Source: Nitrospirales bacterium
GTDB taxonomy: Bacteria > Nitrospirota > Nitrospiria > Nitrospirales > UBA8639
DNA: 64,000 nucleotides
Reading direction: 5' to 3'
Assembly: GCA_965223295.1 (NCBI GenBank)
Contig: CBDCWC010000002.1
Coordinates: forward strand, 640,001 to 704,000
Shown: piece after piece, positions 32,602 to 41,772 of the stretch
Position numbering within the stretch: the stretch's first letter is position 1
How the letters are laid out: each line of letters opens with the position of its first letter
The notes under the pieces: model-generated
The model's database searches: none
What the model saw: the letters and a program-made list of their open reading frames with translations, nothing else
Told to the model about the DNA's origin: nothing
Translations under genes and position numbers: made by a program

Positions 32602-32844
32602 TTAGCTAGGCGTTCCAGCCTGTTCTAAGCTTGCACGATATTCCCGAATAAACGCCGCCATCCGATCTTTTTTTCCAAGCTTCTCTTTTTGAATGTGTTT
32701 TTTTAAAAGTTCTTCTTGAGGGGTAAGTACATGGTGCTTCAGCAATTGCTGCAATTCGGCGTCTAACCGGTGGTGAGATTCTTCTAATTCGCGATACTCA
32801 TCATTTGAATTCCGTAAATTCTCAATAATGTGATCATCGGTCAT
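32602..32844 (-). CDS. DUF465/YdcH-like small coiled-coil protein
   Basis: EYRELEESHHRLD...LTPQEE...KEKLGKKD; start set at MTDDHI behind AAAGGGGG. Confidence 0.7.
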   Translation of the reverse strand: MTDDHIIENLRNSNDEYRELEESHHRLDAELQQLLKHHVLTPQEELLKKHIQKEKLGKKDRMAAFIREYRASLEQAGTPS

Positions 32845-32922
32845 AGTGGGTTTCCCCCTTTCACCTGGTTCATGTTGAAATTGTGTGAATAGCGGTCTCA
32901 TTCTTCACGACACATCCCACGC

Positions 32923-33420
32923 TCAGACCTCCTTTCTGTTTCGCGTGGCAATAGGTTCCAACGCCATAAGAATAGCATCCTCCGTAGGATTCGTATAGTA
33001 GGATTTTCGCGTGGCGTAGGATTGAAAATTAAAGCTTTTATAGAGATTAATGGCAGAATCATTAGACTCTCGAACTTCCAACATTCCTCGGCATGCGCTA
33101 GACTCGAGACCAATACTCAGGACTTCATGAATGAGTCGTTTAGCAAGTCCCTGACGACGAAATTCGGGATGAATGGCCAAATTGAGAAAGCGAATTTCCT
33201 CAAAAATAATCCATGCACAAATATAACCAATTGCTTGAACTTCAAGTCCATACTCCGGATGAGGGATGATAAGTACGTGGCTAAATTGATTGTCTATCAA
33301 CTCGGCCTCAAAACTTTTTCTGGACCAGGGGTAGGAAAAACAGGTTTCTTCTAGAGCCACTAGCACATCAAGATTCTTGGGTGTTGCTTGAAGAATATTC
33401 CATCGCGTCGGGTCATGCAT
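32923..33420 (-). CDS. rimI: Ribosomal protein alanine N-acetyltransferase
   Basis: F.YPWS, NLAIHPEFRRQGLA, LEVRESN..A..LY, RKSYY..P.EDAILM; start uncertain (33420 or 33486). Confidence 0.9.
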   Translation of the reverse strand: MHDPTRWNILQATPKNLDVLVALEETCFSYPWSRKSFEAELIDNQFSHVLIIPHPEYGLEVQAIGYICAWIIFEEIRFLNLAIHPEFRRQGLAKRLIHEVLSIGLESSACRGMLEVRESNDSAINLYKSFNFQSYATRKSYYTNPTEDAILMALEPIATRNRKEV

Positions 33421-33486
33421 AATGCAACCCTGTGACTGTTTTCTTTCTAAAGCTAATCGTGATATCTCCTCACGCTCATCTATCAT

Positions 33487-34194
33487 TTAGGGAGTCCTAG
33501 ATGCATCCGGAACTTGAGAGAACGACTCAGAAGTTTTTGCATATGACGGCTGAATATAGTGAGGCGCACAACCTTCAGGAAGATAGCGTCTTTCCTCGAG
33601 CAGTTTTTCCCCAGCCTGCCCGACGCTTTTTGCGGACGGCCACACGGCCTCTGAAGGAGCTTCCACAATAGGAAAACTCTGAACAGACAACCGTTCCTTA
33701 TTTCGCAGCCATCCATCCCCCAACAAGACTGTTGGTTCGGTCAACTCCTCAGAGATCTGACCAATCGTTCCGATTTGATCTGGTGTTATTCTCATGAGAG
33801 TCTGCTGTTGCCATCGGAAACGACTCCAATAGACCATATCTGCGCGAATGGCCACGGTACACATAATCGGCAACTCTTCAACCGGTAGATTCCACGCCAA
33901 ACCTTCTAACGTCGGGACCCCAACTAAGGGAATACCTAATGCCAGTCGAAAAGCCGTCATGGTCGCAAGCCCAACACGCAAACCCGTAAATGTTCCAGGC
34001 CCAATTGAGACAGCTAACCCTTCAAGGTTAGTCATTTTGAGCGAGGTTACCTCAAGAAGCTTATGAATGGCAGGAATGATTTGTGTGGTCAAAGAACGGG
34101 AAGAATCGCATTCTACATAGCCCAGAAGTTCATCATTCTGTAAAATGGCGACACTAGAGCATGATGTTGCCGTTTCGAGGGCCAAGACAATCAA
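33487..34194 (-). CDS. tsaB: tRNA threonylcarbamoyladenosine biosynthesis protein TsaB
   Basis: LALETAT, VSIGPGTFTGLRVG, GVPTLE; tsaB-rimI order. Confidence 0.9.
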   Translation of the reverse strand: MIVLALETATSCSSVAILQNDELLGYVECDSSRSLTTQIIPAIHKLLEVTSLKMTNLEGLAVSIGPGTFTGLRVGLATMTAFRLALGIPLVGVPTLEGLAWNLPVEELPIMCTVAIRADMVYWSRFRWQQQTLMRITPDQIGTIGQISEELTEPTVLLGDGWLRNKERLSVQSFPIVEAPSEAVWPSAKSVGQAGEKLLEERRYLPEGCAPHYIQPSYAKTSESFSQVPDASRTP

Positions 34195-34246
34195 CGCAAA
34201 ACCATATTCTTATTCGTATGCCACATTCTTAAACATAACGGACTCC

Positions 34247-35056
34247 CTATGTCGCATTCAGAATGAGCTCTTGGAAATTCAAAGTAATCGAGCCTCCGCT
34301 TGGCCGATGATCTGTGGCATTCACCACAAAAGGCAATCGAAAAAGATCTCCCTCTGTGACAGAAGGCATCTTCACCTCCCGGTAATCTTCACATTCCACA
34401 GAGACAATCACATCGTCATACGATTGCCGATATTCAATAGCAGTCAATTCTAAAGTCTTCGCATCAACCCAGGTACGGACATGATACGTCTCTTCGCTTT
34501 TGTGATCCTCAGTCTGTCGAGCCGCCATATCTAAACGATAATGCGTAGAAGATTTCGAAATATGGATATCTTCTCTTGATAACCCTTCGATTTTCCCCAA
34601 GACGGCATCAAGGGCTCGAATACTCAAATGAACAGTTTGATCCCATTGAGTGCCAGCACTTCCCTCATCTATTTCGCCGGTAATAAGATTATTTTCAGCT
34701 GGAAAATAGAGTTGATACTGACTTCCTTCACGATGAAAATCCATCATAGGAACCCCGACTCGTAAAAACCCCCGTAGATGCACTCTGTCAGGACTCACAT
34801 AGGACACCATCCCATTAAAGCCCTGTGAAAATGGAAGCCCTGACCCGGAAATGGAGGCTCGAAAGAGTCCTCGAAGCGTGCGGATCATGCTTTCTTTTTG
34901 ACGCAACGTTTCAAGCACAACACGGCTTTGCTCGTGAGATAGAGGAGTAAACGCCCCCTGGTTCATGGCGGTACAACCCACCAGCCACACCATGAATGTG
35001 ACCACCATGCCTTTAAGAAAAACCGAAGATTTTCTCAAAAAGTGTCTATCTCTCAC
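34247..35056 (-). CDS. Hypothetical lipoprotein, possibly LolA/LolB-like fold
   Basis: Lipobox LVGC; beta-rich alternating pattern; fold is a guess. Confidence 0.6.
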   Translation of the reverse strand: MRDRHFLRKSSVFLKGMVVTFMVWLVGCTAMNQGAFTPLSHEQSRVVLETLRQKESMIRTLRGLFRASISGSGLPFSQGFNGMVSYVSPDRVHLRGFLRVGVPMMDFHREGSQYQLYFPAENNLITGEIDEGSAGTQWDQTVHLSIRALDAVLGKIEGLSREDIHISKSSTHYRLDMAARQTEDHKSEETYHVRTWVDAKTLELTAIEYRQSYDDVIVSVECEDYREVKMPSVTEGDLFRLPFVVNATDHRPSGGSITLNFQELILNAT

Positions 35057-36436
35057 TTACACCACCGGAGATAAAACCACATCCCAAATTTCCTCAATTT
35101 CCTGAATGCCCAACACCTCTATTCCTTCAATGGGCTTCCATTGCTTAAGGTTCGAGTTGGGCACCACGCATCGTGTAAACCCCAACTTCATGGCTTCTCG
35201 AATGCGAAGATCGGCATGTTGAACGGGCCGCACTTCTCCGCCAAGACCCACTTCACCCATGACAGCAAGACGGGCATCAAGACCCGTTTCTCGAAAACTC
35301 GATAACACCGCACACACAATTCCGACATCGACTGTAGGCTCATCAATTCGCAGCCCGCCCACAACATTGATATACACATCATGCCCGGTAAAATGCAGGC
35401 CTAACCGTTTTTCCATCACCGCCAATAATAACGCAACCCGATTGTTTTCTATTCCCTTAGCCATTCGTTTGGGCATGGGGTAACTGGTTTCAGCCACCAG
35501 AGCCTGTAGCTCCACCAATAACGGACGAGAGCCTTCGACACTGGACACGACAACAGACCCCGGACTTGTTCCGATGCGGCCAGTTAAAAACATAGCTGAA
35601 GGATTATCCACTTCAGTAAGACCTTCATCTTTCATTTCAAACACGCCGATCTCATTGGTCGGTCCAAACCGATTTTTGACAGCACGAAGAATGCGGTAGC
35701 TTTGGCCTTTGTCCCCTTCAAAATACAACACCGTGTCAACAATATGCTCCAACAAGCGTGGCCCGGCTATCACTCCTTCTTTTGTGACATGACCAATGAT
35801 GAATACAGGAACATTCATACGTTTGGCATACCACATGAGTTGGCAGCCAATTTCCTGAACTTGACTCACACTTCCCGGAGCCGAAGTCAACTCTCCCGAG
35901 AACACAGTTTGAATGGAATCGACGACCAAGACATGCGGCCTTACGGTTTCGGCTACTTGAAAAATTTCTTCAAGGGCCGTGGCAGCAACAACGTATAAAT
36001 TGGGAGGCCGAATTCCTAACCGGTCGGCTCGCATTTTGATTTGCTGAGGAGATTCTTCCCCCGAGACGTACAGACCAATTTCTGCCGACTGCTCTAAAGA
36101 ATTGAGGGTTTGTAGCAGTAAGGTGGTTTTGCCAATACCTGGATCGCCACCGATGAGAACAACCGACCCTGGCACCACCCCACCACCAAGTACGCGGTTT
36201 AATTCTTCTATCCCAGATTGCAGACGAAATTCGTGTGTCTGATTGATCGCCCCGATCGGAATCGCTTCCGGGGTACTGCCAGCGACCGTGCGCTGCTTTA
36301 GGGCCGAAGCATTTCGCTGGACTTCTTCCCGCAGAGAATTCCATTCCCCACATTCTGGGCATCGGCCACTCCAGCGAACACCCTGGTGACCGCATTCCTG
36401 ACAGACAAAGCGTGTTTTAGATTTAGCCGCTTTCAT
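35057..36436 (-). CDS. radA: DNA repair protein RadA/Sms
   Basis: C4 zinc finger, GGDPGIGKTT, KNRFG, Lon-like C-terminus GEVGLGGEVR. Confidence 0.97.
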   Translation of the reverse strand: MKAAKSKTRFVCQECGHQGVRWSGRCPECGEWNSLREEVQRNASALKQRTVAGSTPEAIPIGAINQTHEFRLQSGIEELNRVLGGGVVPGSVVLIGGDPGIGKTTLLLQTLNSLEQSAEIGLYVSGEESPQQIKMRADRLGIRPPNLYVVAATALEEIFQVAETVRPHVLVVDSIQTVFSGELTSAPGSVSQVQEIGCQLMWYAKRMNVPVFIIGHVTKEGVIAGPRLLEHIVDTVLYFEGDKGQSYRILRAVKNRFGPTNEIGVFEMKDEGLTEVDNPSAMFLTGRIGTSPGSVVVSSVEGSRPLLVELQALVAETSYPMPKRMAKGIENNRVALLLAVMEKRLGLHFTGHDVYINVVGGLRIDEPTVDVGIVCAVLSSFRETGLDARLAVMGEVGLGGEVRPVQHADLRIREAMKLGFTRCVVPNSNLKQWKPIEGIEVLGIQEIEEIWDVVLSPVV

Positions 36437-36456
36437 CGTGTTCTGTTAGTGATACT

Positions 36457-36647
36457 GGGTCTGTTGAAAAAAGCCGCCAGCGGCGTTCTCGCCATTGTTC
36501 CGTGCTCACGTCGTGCCAGGACGCTCCGCGCGCAACAATGGCTGCGGCCTTACTGGACGAACTTTTTTGAACAGACCCGACGTTGTTGATCGCCAAGGGC
36601 TTCATGGCGAAATATGGCTCTTGATATCTTCATTATTCAACACTCCC
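36457..36647 (+). repeat. MITE-like repeat copy C (core 36457-36578, tail to 36647)
   Basis: gggtctgttgaaaaaag...cttttttgaacagaccc; tail ends attattcaacactccc. Confidence 0.9.
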
Positions 36648-36668
36648 ATGCTGAAACGGTCTCCTTCA

Positions 36669-37535
36669 TTAGAGATGGCGGCGAACACGGGACCAATCAG
36701 TCAAAATAATAGCTCGCCGTGGAAAGCGCTCATCGTTTTCAGGGAAAGGTAAAATAAGGGTTTGCAAACGGTTTTTCACGAGCACTTCGGCAAAGTCTGC
36801 GGTGCGCCCGATTCCGCCGCTGACGTTTTCCCATCCTTCTTCCTTAAAGTGCATGAGCAATTCACTTAAAGCCGTCGCTGTACCGGGAAGAATACGAATC
36901 ACGCCTGGTGGAAAATGCTGTGCTCGCAACCATGATTGAATCCCATCCAACTTTCCCTTTCCAGTCCGATCCAAATACACAAGGTTATAATAAAACTTTG
37001 CTAATTTATGAAGTTCCGCAGGGGCAGCAGCATTCGGAGTCCCAAAAACCAATCCAGGATCTGGAAACAGATCGGGAGGGGGAGCCTGGGTGTCAAATTC
37101 ACGGTCGACCAACACTGCCAAATCAATCAGCAATATAGGCCGTCGTCTCTCCCAGGACAAAACGACACCGTTTCCTGACACCACATTGGCTTTTGCAGAA
37201 GTTGCCCACTTAGCTTGTAATGATAAATTGCCCCGCATTTTAGGGGTAAACTCTAGATGCGCCCAACCATTGTCATTAGTCGAGGCTTGGCCAATCTTAC
37301 GCCCCTGAATGGAAAACTCCACCGGCTCTTCAGACATTCCGATTTCACCATTTGGACCCTGTTCAGTCAGGCGGGCTTGCAATTGGACAGTCTTACTCGG
37401 GAATGTCAGAGCATCAGTTACGAATAGTTCAATATTCCGGTCTCCCGGCCACACCATAAAAGGGCAAGCGAAACACATCATTACGATAGTGCTCCAAACG
37501 AAACTCCATCTCAAATCTTTTCGTATGTTCCACAT
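36669..37535 (-). CDS. Exported protein: Ig-like N-domain plus degenerate HAD/LNS2-like domain
   Basis: Signal peptide; IGQASTNDNGWA; PILLIDL, NLVYL, SWLRAQHFPPG, GGIG. Confidence 0.6.
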   Translation of the reverse strand: MWNIRKDLRWSFVWSTIVMMCFACPFMVWPGDRNIELFVTDALTFPSKTVQLQARLTEQGPNGEIGMSEEPVEFSIQGRKIGQASTNDNGWAHLEFTPKMRGNLSLQAKWATSAKANVVSGNGVVLSWERRRPILLIDLAVLVDREFDTQAPPPDLFPDPGLVFGTPNAAAPAELHKLAKFYYNLVYLDRTGKGKLDGIQSWLRAQHFPPGVIRILPGTATALSELLMHFKEEGWENVSGGIGRTADFAEVLVKNRLQTLILPFPENDERFPRRAIILTDWSRVRRHL

Positions 37536-37559
37536 GATTGTAGAGCGTTCACTTCATAG

Positions 37560-37799
37560 CTAAAAAAGTCCCCGCCCTCTCTTGCCAAAAGCAAACGCAT
37601 CGACTCCAGCAAAAATGCATAGTTGCAGATAAAACAACCAGCCCATCGGCCAGAAAAATTTGGAAATCACCAGCATGAGAACCCCACACACAAGAAAAAT
37701 TGGCGCACGCTTGACGCCTAAATACATATGTCCCATACCAGGCAGAATCGACAGCAGCGCAGCGCCCAGACCATTTAGCGTTTTTTCACGTTCATCCAT
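37560..37799 (-). CDS. Small membrane protein (TM2-like, PG.GH.YLG motif)
   Basis: AALLSILPGMGHMYLG plus two hydrophobic segments. Confidence 0.65.
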   Translation of the reverse strand: MDEREKTLNGLGAALLSILPGMGHMYLGVKRAPIFLVCGVLMLVISKFFWPMGWLFYLQLCIFAGVDAFAFGKRGRGLF

Positions 37800-37879
37800 A
37801 AAAAATAGTCTTGCTGTATCTGGCCAGTAAACCGAAGCTATGGTCAACCATACCACGCACCCTGGCAGAGTGCCAAAGC

Positions 37880-38066
37880 GGGCCTGTTGAAAAAACCACC
37901 AGCGCCGTTCCCTGGCTTTGCCGGGCCTACTTCGCCGCAGTGGCTACGAAGGCTGAAAGCGGCTTCGTGCAGGCGAGCAGACTTTTTTGAACAGCCTCGG
38001 AGCTCTTGAAACCAAGGTCATTATAGGCAAATTTGCCTCTGGTGCGTTGTAATATTCAACACTCTC
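37880..38066 (+). repeat. MITE-like repeat copy D (nested-module variant like A; core 37880-37998)
   Basis: gggcctgttgaaaaaa...cttttttgaacagcctc; tail ends atattcaacactctc. Confidence 0.85.
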
Positions 38067-38142
38067 AAGGAGGGCCACAAGCCAGAATATCTGATGAACC
38101 AAGTTAACCCAGAATACAAAAGTAGGACTGGCGGGAAAGAAT

Positions 38143-38427
38143 TTAGCCAAGCTTGCGCTTGCGTAACTCTTCTTCAAATGTTTTGTGATAGAGCACATCC
38201 CATTCCTGGGAACCTTCGGGAATATTGCGGGAATAGGATGCCAAACGGCCGCGAACATGTCGATCCAGCTCGGCTTCAACTTTCATATGTTCGGCAATGA
38301 CAAGTTTGACTTCACGAAGGACTTTGGCCTGACCACCAACCAACCTGGCTTGCGGCGCACTTTTCAAGCGGTCCAAAATGACATGAGATAAATGCATTTG
38401 CTTATCGTCACTGAGTGAAAGCGCCAT
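38143..38427 (-). CDS. DUF507 family protein
   Basis: LSDDKQMHLSH...EGSQEWDVLYHKTFEEEL. Confidence 0.75.
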   Translation of the reverse strand: MALSLSDDKQMHLSHVILDRLKSAPQARLVGGQAKVLREVKLVIAEHMKVEAELDRHVRGRLASYSRNIPEGSQEWDVLYHKTFEEELRKRKLG

Positions 38428-38472
38428 AGGAAGATTAGTTCCAATCAATCTGAATTGCGGCTACAGGTATCA

Positions 38473-38754
38473 CTATAAAACAAGTCCGCGTTCCTTAATC
38501 AGTTTTTGTTTGACCATTGAAAACATTTTCTGATAATCCGCGCGGCCTTCCGTAAACTCTCGATCAAACTGTTTGAGCATCTCACGCACATCGGCGTTCA
38601 ACCGATCTTCAACTTGCAATTCTGTTGTAATCGCCGACTCTACCTGTTGAATCACGGGATCGGGTTTTCCGTCGACTTGCAAAAGGCCTCGCTCCATCAA
38701 ACGTTCCACGACGATGGTAGCCATATGACGAACACGTGTGGTATTTAGTCGCAT
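38473..38754 (-). CDS. DUF507 family protein
   Basis: MRL...EDRLNADVREML...DYQKMFSMVKQKLIKERG. Confidence 0.8.
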   Translation of the reverse strand: MRLNTTRVRHMATIVVERLMERGLLQVDGKPDPVIQQVESAITTELQVEDRLNADVREMLKQFDREFTEGRADYQKMFSMVKQKLIKERGLVL

Positions 38755-39149
38755 GAGGTTCCCTCAGGAAGCAATTCGACTTGCATGGTGGTGGCCCCCA
38801 CCGCCTGTTGTAAGACTTTCGCGTCACCCTCTATCTTACCAATGACATTCACACGATCGGCAGGCACAGGGTCTTCTCCTAAACTCATGGGCGTCCGTCC
38901 AAAAAAAATGGCTAGCATTTCCCCTATGCCCCAAAACGCAACATCCCCTATTTTTACCTGATTTTTCGCGGTTTCCCGATAATCTTTCACACCTGGAACT
39001 TTACAATAAAATTCTTCTCCCCATTGATTCACCGGAGCATTGAGTGGAAGCGCATCGACGATGGCTTGAGCCGTCCGATTGGGTTTTAATTCAGCAACGA
39101 CTTGAATGCCACCAATAGTAATCTTGATCTTTTGTGCACGAAATTCCAT
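38745..39149 (-). CDS. Cyclophilin-like fold protein (DUF369-like)
   Basis: TAQAIVDALP...WGEEFY...GDVAFW...LAIFFGRTP...VNVIGKI. Confidence 0.8.
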   Translation of the reverse strand: MEFRAQKIKITIGGIQVVAELKPNRTAQAIVDALPLNAPVNQWGEEFYCKVPGVKDYRETAKNQVKIGDVAFWGIGEMLAIFFGRTPMSLGEDPVPADRVNVIGKIEGDAKVLQQAVGATTMQVELLPEGTSCD

Positions 39150-39264
39150 ATAGCCTCAATTTTTGTTGATATCCTGATACATGAACAATGAACAACTGCC
39201 GAATGTAGCTTGTCCTCTTGATGAAATCAAGGCTAGAATGAAATGCAGTTTGACCTGACTTTCT

Positions 39265-40041
39265 ATGTTGCCTTCGACATTTATCTTTTTACAGGGAATT
39301 GGAGAATCTACTGAAAAGAAGCTTTGGGAATATGGTATTCTCAACTGGGAGTCCTTTCTTCAAGAATCATCAATTCCCTTTATTTCTCCTGCTCGCAAAG
39401 CCCTGTATGATGCCATCCTGCAAGAAGCCAACGAGCAATGGCATCAAGGCAATTCCCGTTATTTCGCGAAATTATTAAAAGCCAGAGACCATTGGCGCCT
39501 GTACCCTCATTTTCGAACAAATACCGCATTTTTAGATATTGAAACTAATGGCCTTCCAGCACCACATGGAAAGATTACGCTTGTTGGAATTTATGGGCGG
39601 GGCCACATGACCACCTTGATTCAGGGGGAGACACTTTCCGAACATCGCCTGAAAGATGAACTCTCGTCATATGATTTATTCGTCACCTTCTTCGGCTCAG
39701 GATTTGATTTGCCCTTTCTGAAAGCCACTTACCCCTGCCTTCACATTGATCAACCTCATCTGGATGTCTGTTTTGCAGCAAGAAGGCTCGGCATGAAAGG
39801 CGGATTAAAAGCCATCGAATATGAAATAGGATGTCATCGGAAAAGCTCATTAGAAGGCTTAACGGGATGGGATGCCGTACGGCTGTGGCATGAATGGCAG
39901 AACGGGAGTCAAGCTTCGCGAGAAACCTTAATGGCCTACAATGAAGCCGACTGCAAGAACTTAGAACCCTTAACAGATCTGATTTGTGAGCGAATGGTCC
40001 AAGCATATGGTCCACCTGAAATGACGACTAGTTTTTTATGA
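39265..40041 (+). CDS. RNase H-like (YprB / RNase_H_2) DEDD exonuclease
   Basis: FLDIETNG, FFGSGFDLPFL, GGLKAIE, YNEADC. Confidence 0.85.
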   Translation: MLPSTFIFLQGIGESTEKKLWEYGILNWESFLQESSIPFISPARKALYDAILQEANEQWHQGNSRYFAKLLKARDHWRLYPHFRTNTAFLDIETNGLPAPHGKITLVGIYGRGHMTTLIQGETLSEHRLKDELSSYDLFVTFFGSGFDLPFLKATYPCLHIDQPHLDVCFAARRLGMKGGLKAIEYEIGCHRKSSLEGLTGWDAVRLWHEWQNGSQASRETLMAYNEADCKNLEPLTDLICERMVQAYGPPEMTTSFL

Positions 40042-40853
40042 CTACCGTACCACCACAAACCTGGATTGGAGTTGGGCTCACCGATATCGGTCGAGTGCGC
40101 AAAATGAACCAAGATGCTTTTTCAGTTCATCACGATCAACAGTTGTGGGTTTTAGCAGATGGCATGGGAGGACATGCCGGTGGAGAAATTGCAAGTCAAA
40201 TTGCGGTGGAGACTATTCCAGAAGAGTTTCAACGTCTCCTAGCGGCAAGTCCAACGACTTCACTTGTTATAGAGACAGTTGAATCCTATCTTGTACAGAC
40301 TATAGAAACGGCGAATCAGCGTATTCGTACGCTAGCCAGCCAAAAAAGCGAACTAAAAGGCATGGGCACAACTATTGTAGTAGTCGTTATCACGCAGCAT
40401 AACAACACAAGTTACGCGGTAATCGCACATGCTGGAGATAGCCGTGCTTACTGCTTTCGCCAGGAAACCCTGACTCTCTGGACCAAAGACCATACGCTCA
40501 TGGAAGAGCGGCTGGCCCTCAAGATCATTACCCCGGAACAGGTTCGTACACATCCGCTCCGTCATGTGCTGACCAAAGGACTCGGCATTGATGTCCAAGC
40601 CCTTCCTACAGTTCAAACATATGAGTTAGAAGCTATGGACCTCCTCTTGCTCTGTTCAGATGGGCTCACCAAGATGCTCAGTGATCTAGAGATTCAAACA
40701 CTCCTCAAAAGGGGTGCGCCAAAATTGAAAGAAGTTGCGAACTCACTGGTGGATACAGCGAACCGCTTAGGAGGCGAAGACAATACAACGGTGATCGTGA
40801 TTGGGGCTGACTCAGACGCAACCCTGGTCAATGTGCCGCAGTCTACCGACTAG
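40038..40853 (+). CDS. PP2C-type Ser/Thr protein phosphatase
   Basis: TDIGRVRKMNQD, ADGMGGH, GMGTT, GDSRAY, CSDGL, GGEDNTT. Confidence 0.95.
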   Translation: MTTVPPQTWIGVGLTDIGRVRKMNQDAFSVHHDQQLWVLADGMGGHAGGEIASQIAVETIPEEFQRLLAASPTTSLVIETVESYLVQTIETANQRIRTLASQKSELKGMGTTIVVVVITQHNNTSYAVIAHAGDSRAYCFRQETLTLWTKDHTLMEERLALKIITPEQVRTHPLRHVLTKGLGIDVQALPTVQTYELEAMDLLLLCSDGLTKMLSDLEIQTLLKRGAPKLKEVANSLVDTANRLGGEDNTTVIVIGADSDATLVNVPQSTD

Positions 40854-41583
40854 GCCGTCGGAACAACGCCGACCACCCAAAATATCCAACTGCATCTTTC
40901 ATATTGGAAAACCAGCGGTGTGCGAACCCCATAGCGGGGTCCGTGACATACTGCATTGTCAAGACAATGCGCTCTTCTCCCTTAGCCGATGGGGTCACCG
41001 CATGATGCAATTTATCTCCATTGAAAAAAATACACGTTCCAGGTTCAGTGGCTAAGGAGAGCTCTTTGACCTGCTTCCCCGCATCTTTTGTATGAAGACG
41101 GCAAACTAGTCGACTGCTAGAATGATCACGCAAACCGATCAACACCGTATACCGGGCCCCTTTGTAATAGGAAGTATCATAGTGATAGCCAATATGATCG
41201 CCAGGCTCGGTATAAAAATAGAGCGCACAGGCATGGGGATCTTCATCTGGGCAGAGCAACAGGGGGGCTCCAGCCACCTGACTAAGAACACTGATCCAAT
41301 CGTTATTCTGATACAAGGTCAGCATAGAAGGAGCAGAATCTTGAAGAACATAAGAGCTTACGCTTCCGCCCTTTTTATGCTTAGGAATAAAGTTACGATT
41401 GATTTTTGGGCGGACAGTATCAACTTCCTGCATCAACTCATCGATCAAAGACGTTGGCAATAATCTCTCCAATGCCAAAAATTCTCCCTGTTCCCAATAC
41501 TGTCGTGACCAGTCGTCTCTATCGACCTGAGTTATAAGGTCTGAGACCTGCTGACTAGTACTATTGACTAAAATTGGCGACAT
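40843..41583 (-). CDS. 2-oxoglutarate/Fe(II)-dependent oxygenase
   Basis: GDHIGYHYD (HxD), LHHAVT (distal His), ERIVL (2OG-binding Arg). Confidence 0.8.
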   Translation of the reverse strand: MSPILVNSTSQQVSDLITQVDRDDWSRQYWEQGEFLALERLLPTSLIDELMQEVDTVRPKINRNFIPKHKKGGSVSSYVLQDSAPSMLTLYQNNDWISVLSQVAGAPLLLCPDEDPHACALYFYTEPGDHIGYHYDTSYYKGARYTVLIGLRDHSSSRLVCRLHTKDAGKQVKELSLATEPGTCIFFNGDKLHHAVTPSAKGEERIVLTMQYVTDPAMGFAHRWFSNMKDAVGYFGWSALFRRPSR

Positions 41584-41772
41584 CTAAAATTCCTCTGCCT
41601 TACCGTTTTTCTCGACAGAAACTCACATATATATCTGGCTTTCTATCATGCCAGTAAAAAAACTGTATCGTCCAGCTAAATATCGTAGGTGACTTGACCA
41701 CCACCAGCTCAGACTTTTATCGTCTCGCTTGATGAATAAATATTTCAGATACATTTCTCACATTAAGGACTG

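Noticed and set aside
36386-36752. Short ORFs over repeat copies (also 29182, 49250, 49257, 56038, 56055, 63748) with similar peptides such as KKAASGVLA / WRERRWRLFSTDP
   Set aside because: They are translations of the MITE-like repeat in various frames, with no consistent start, stop or RBS.
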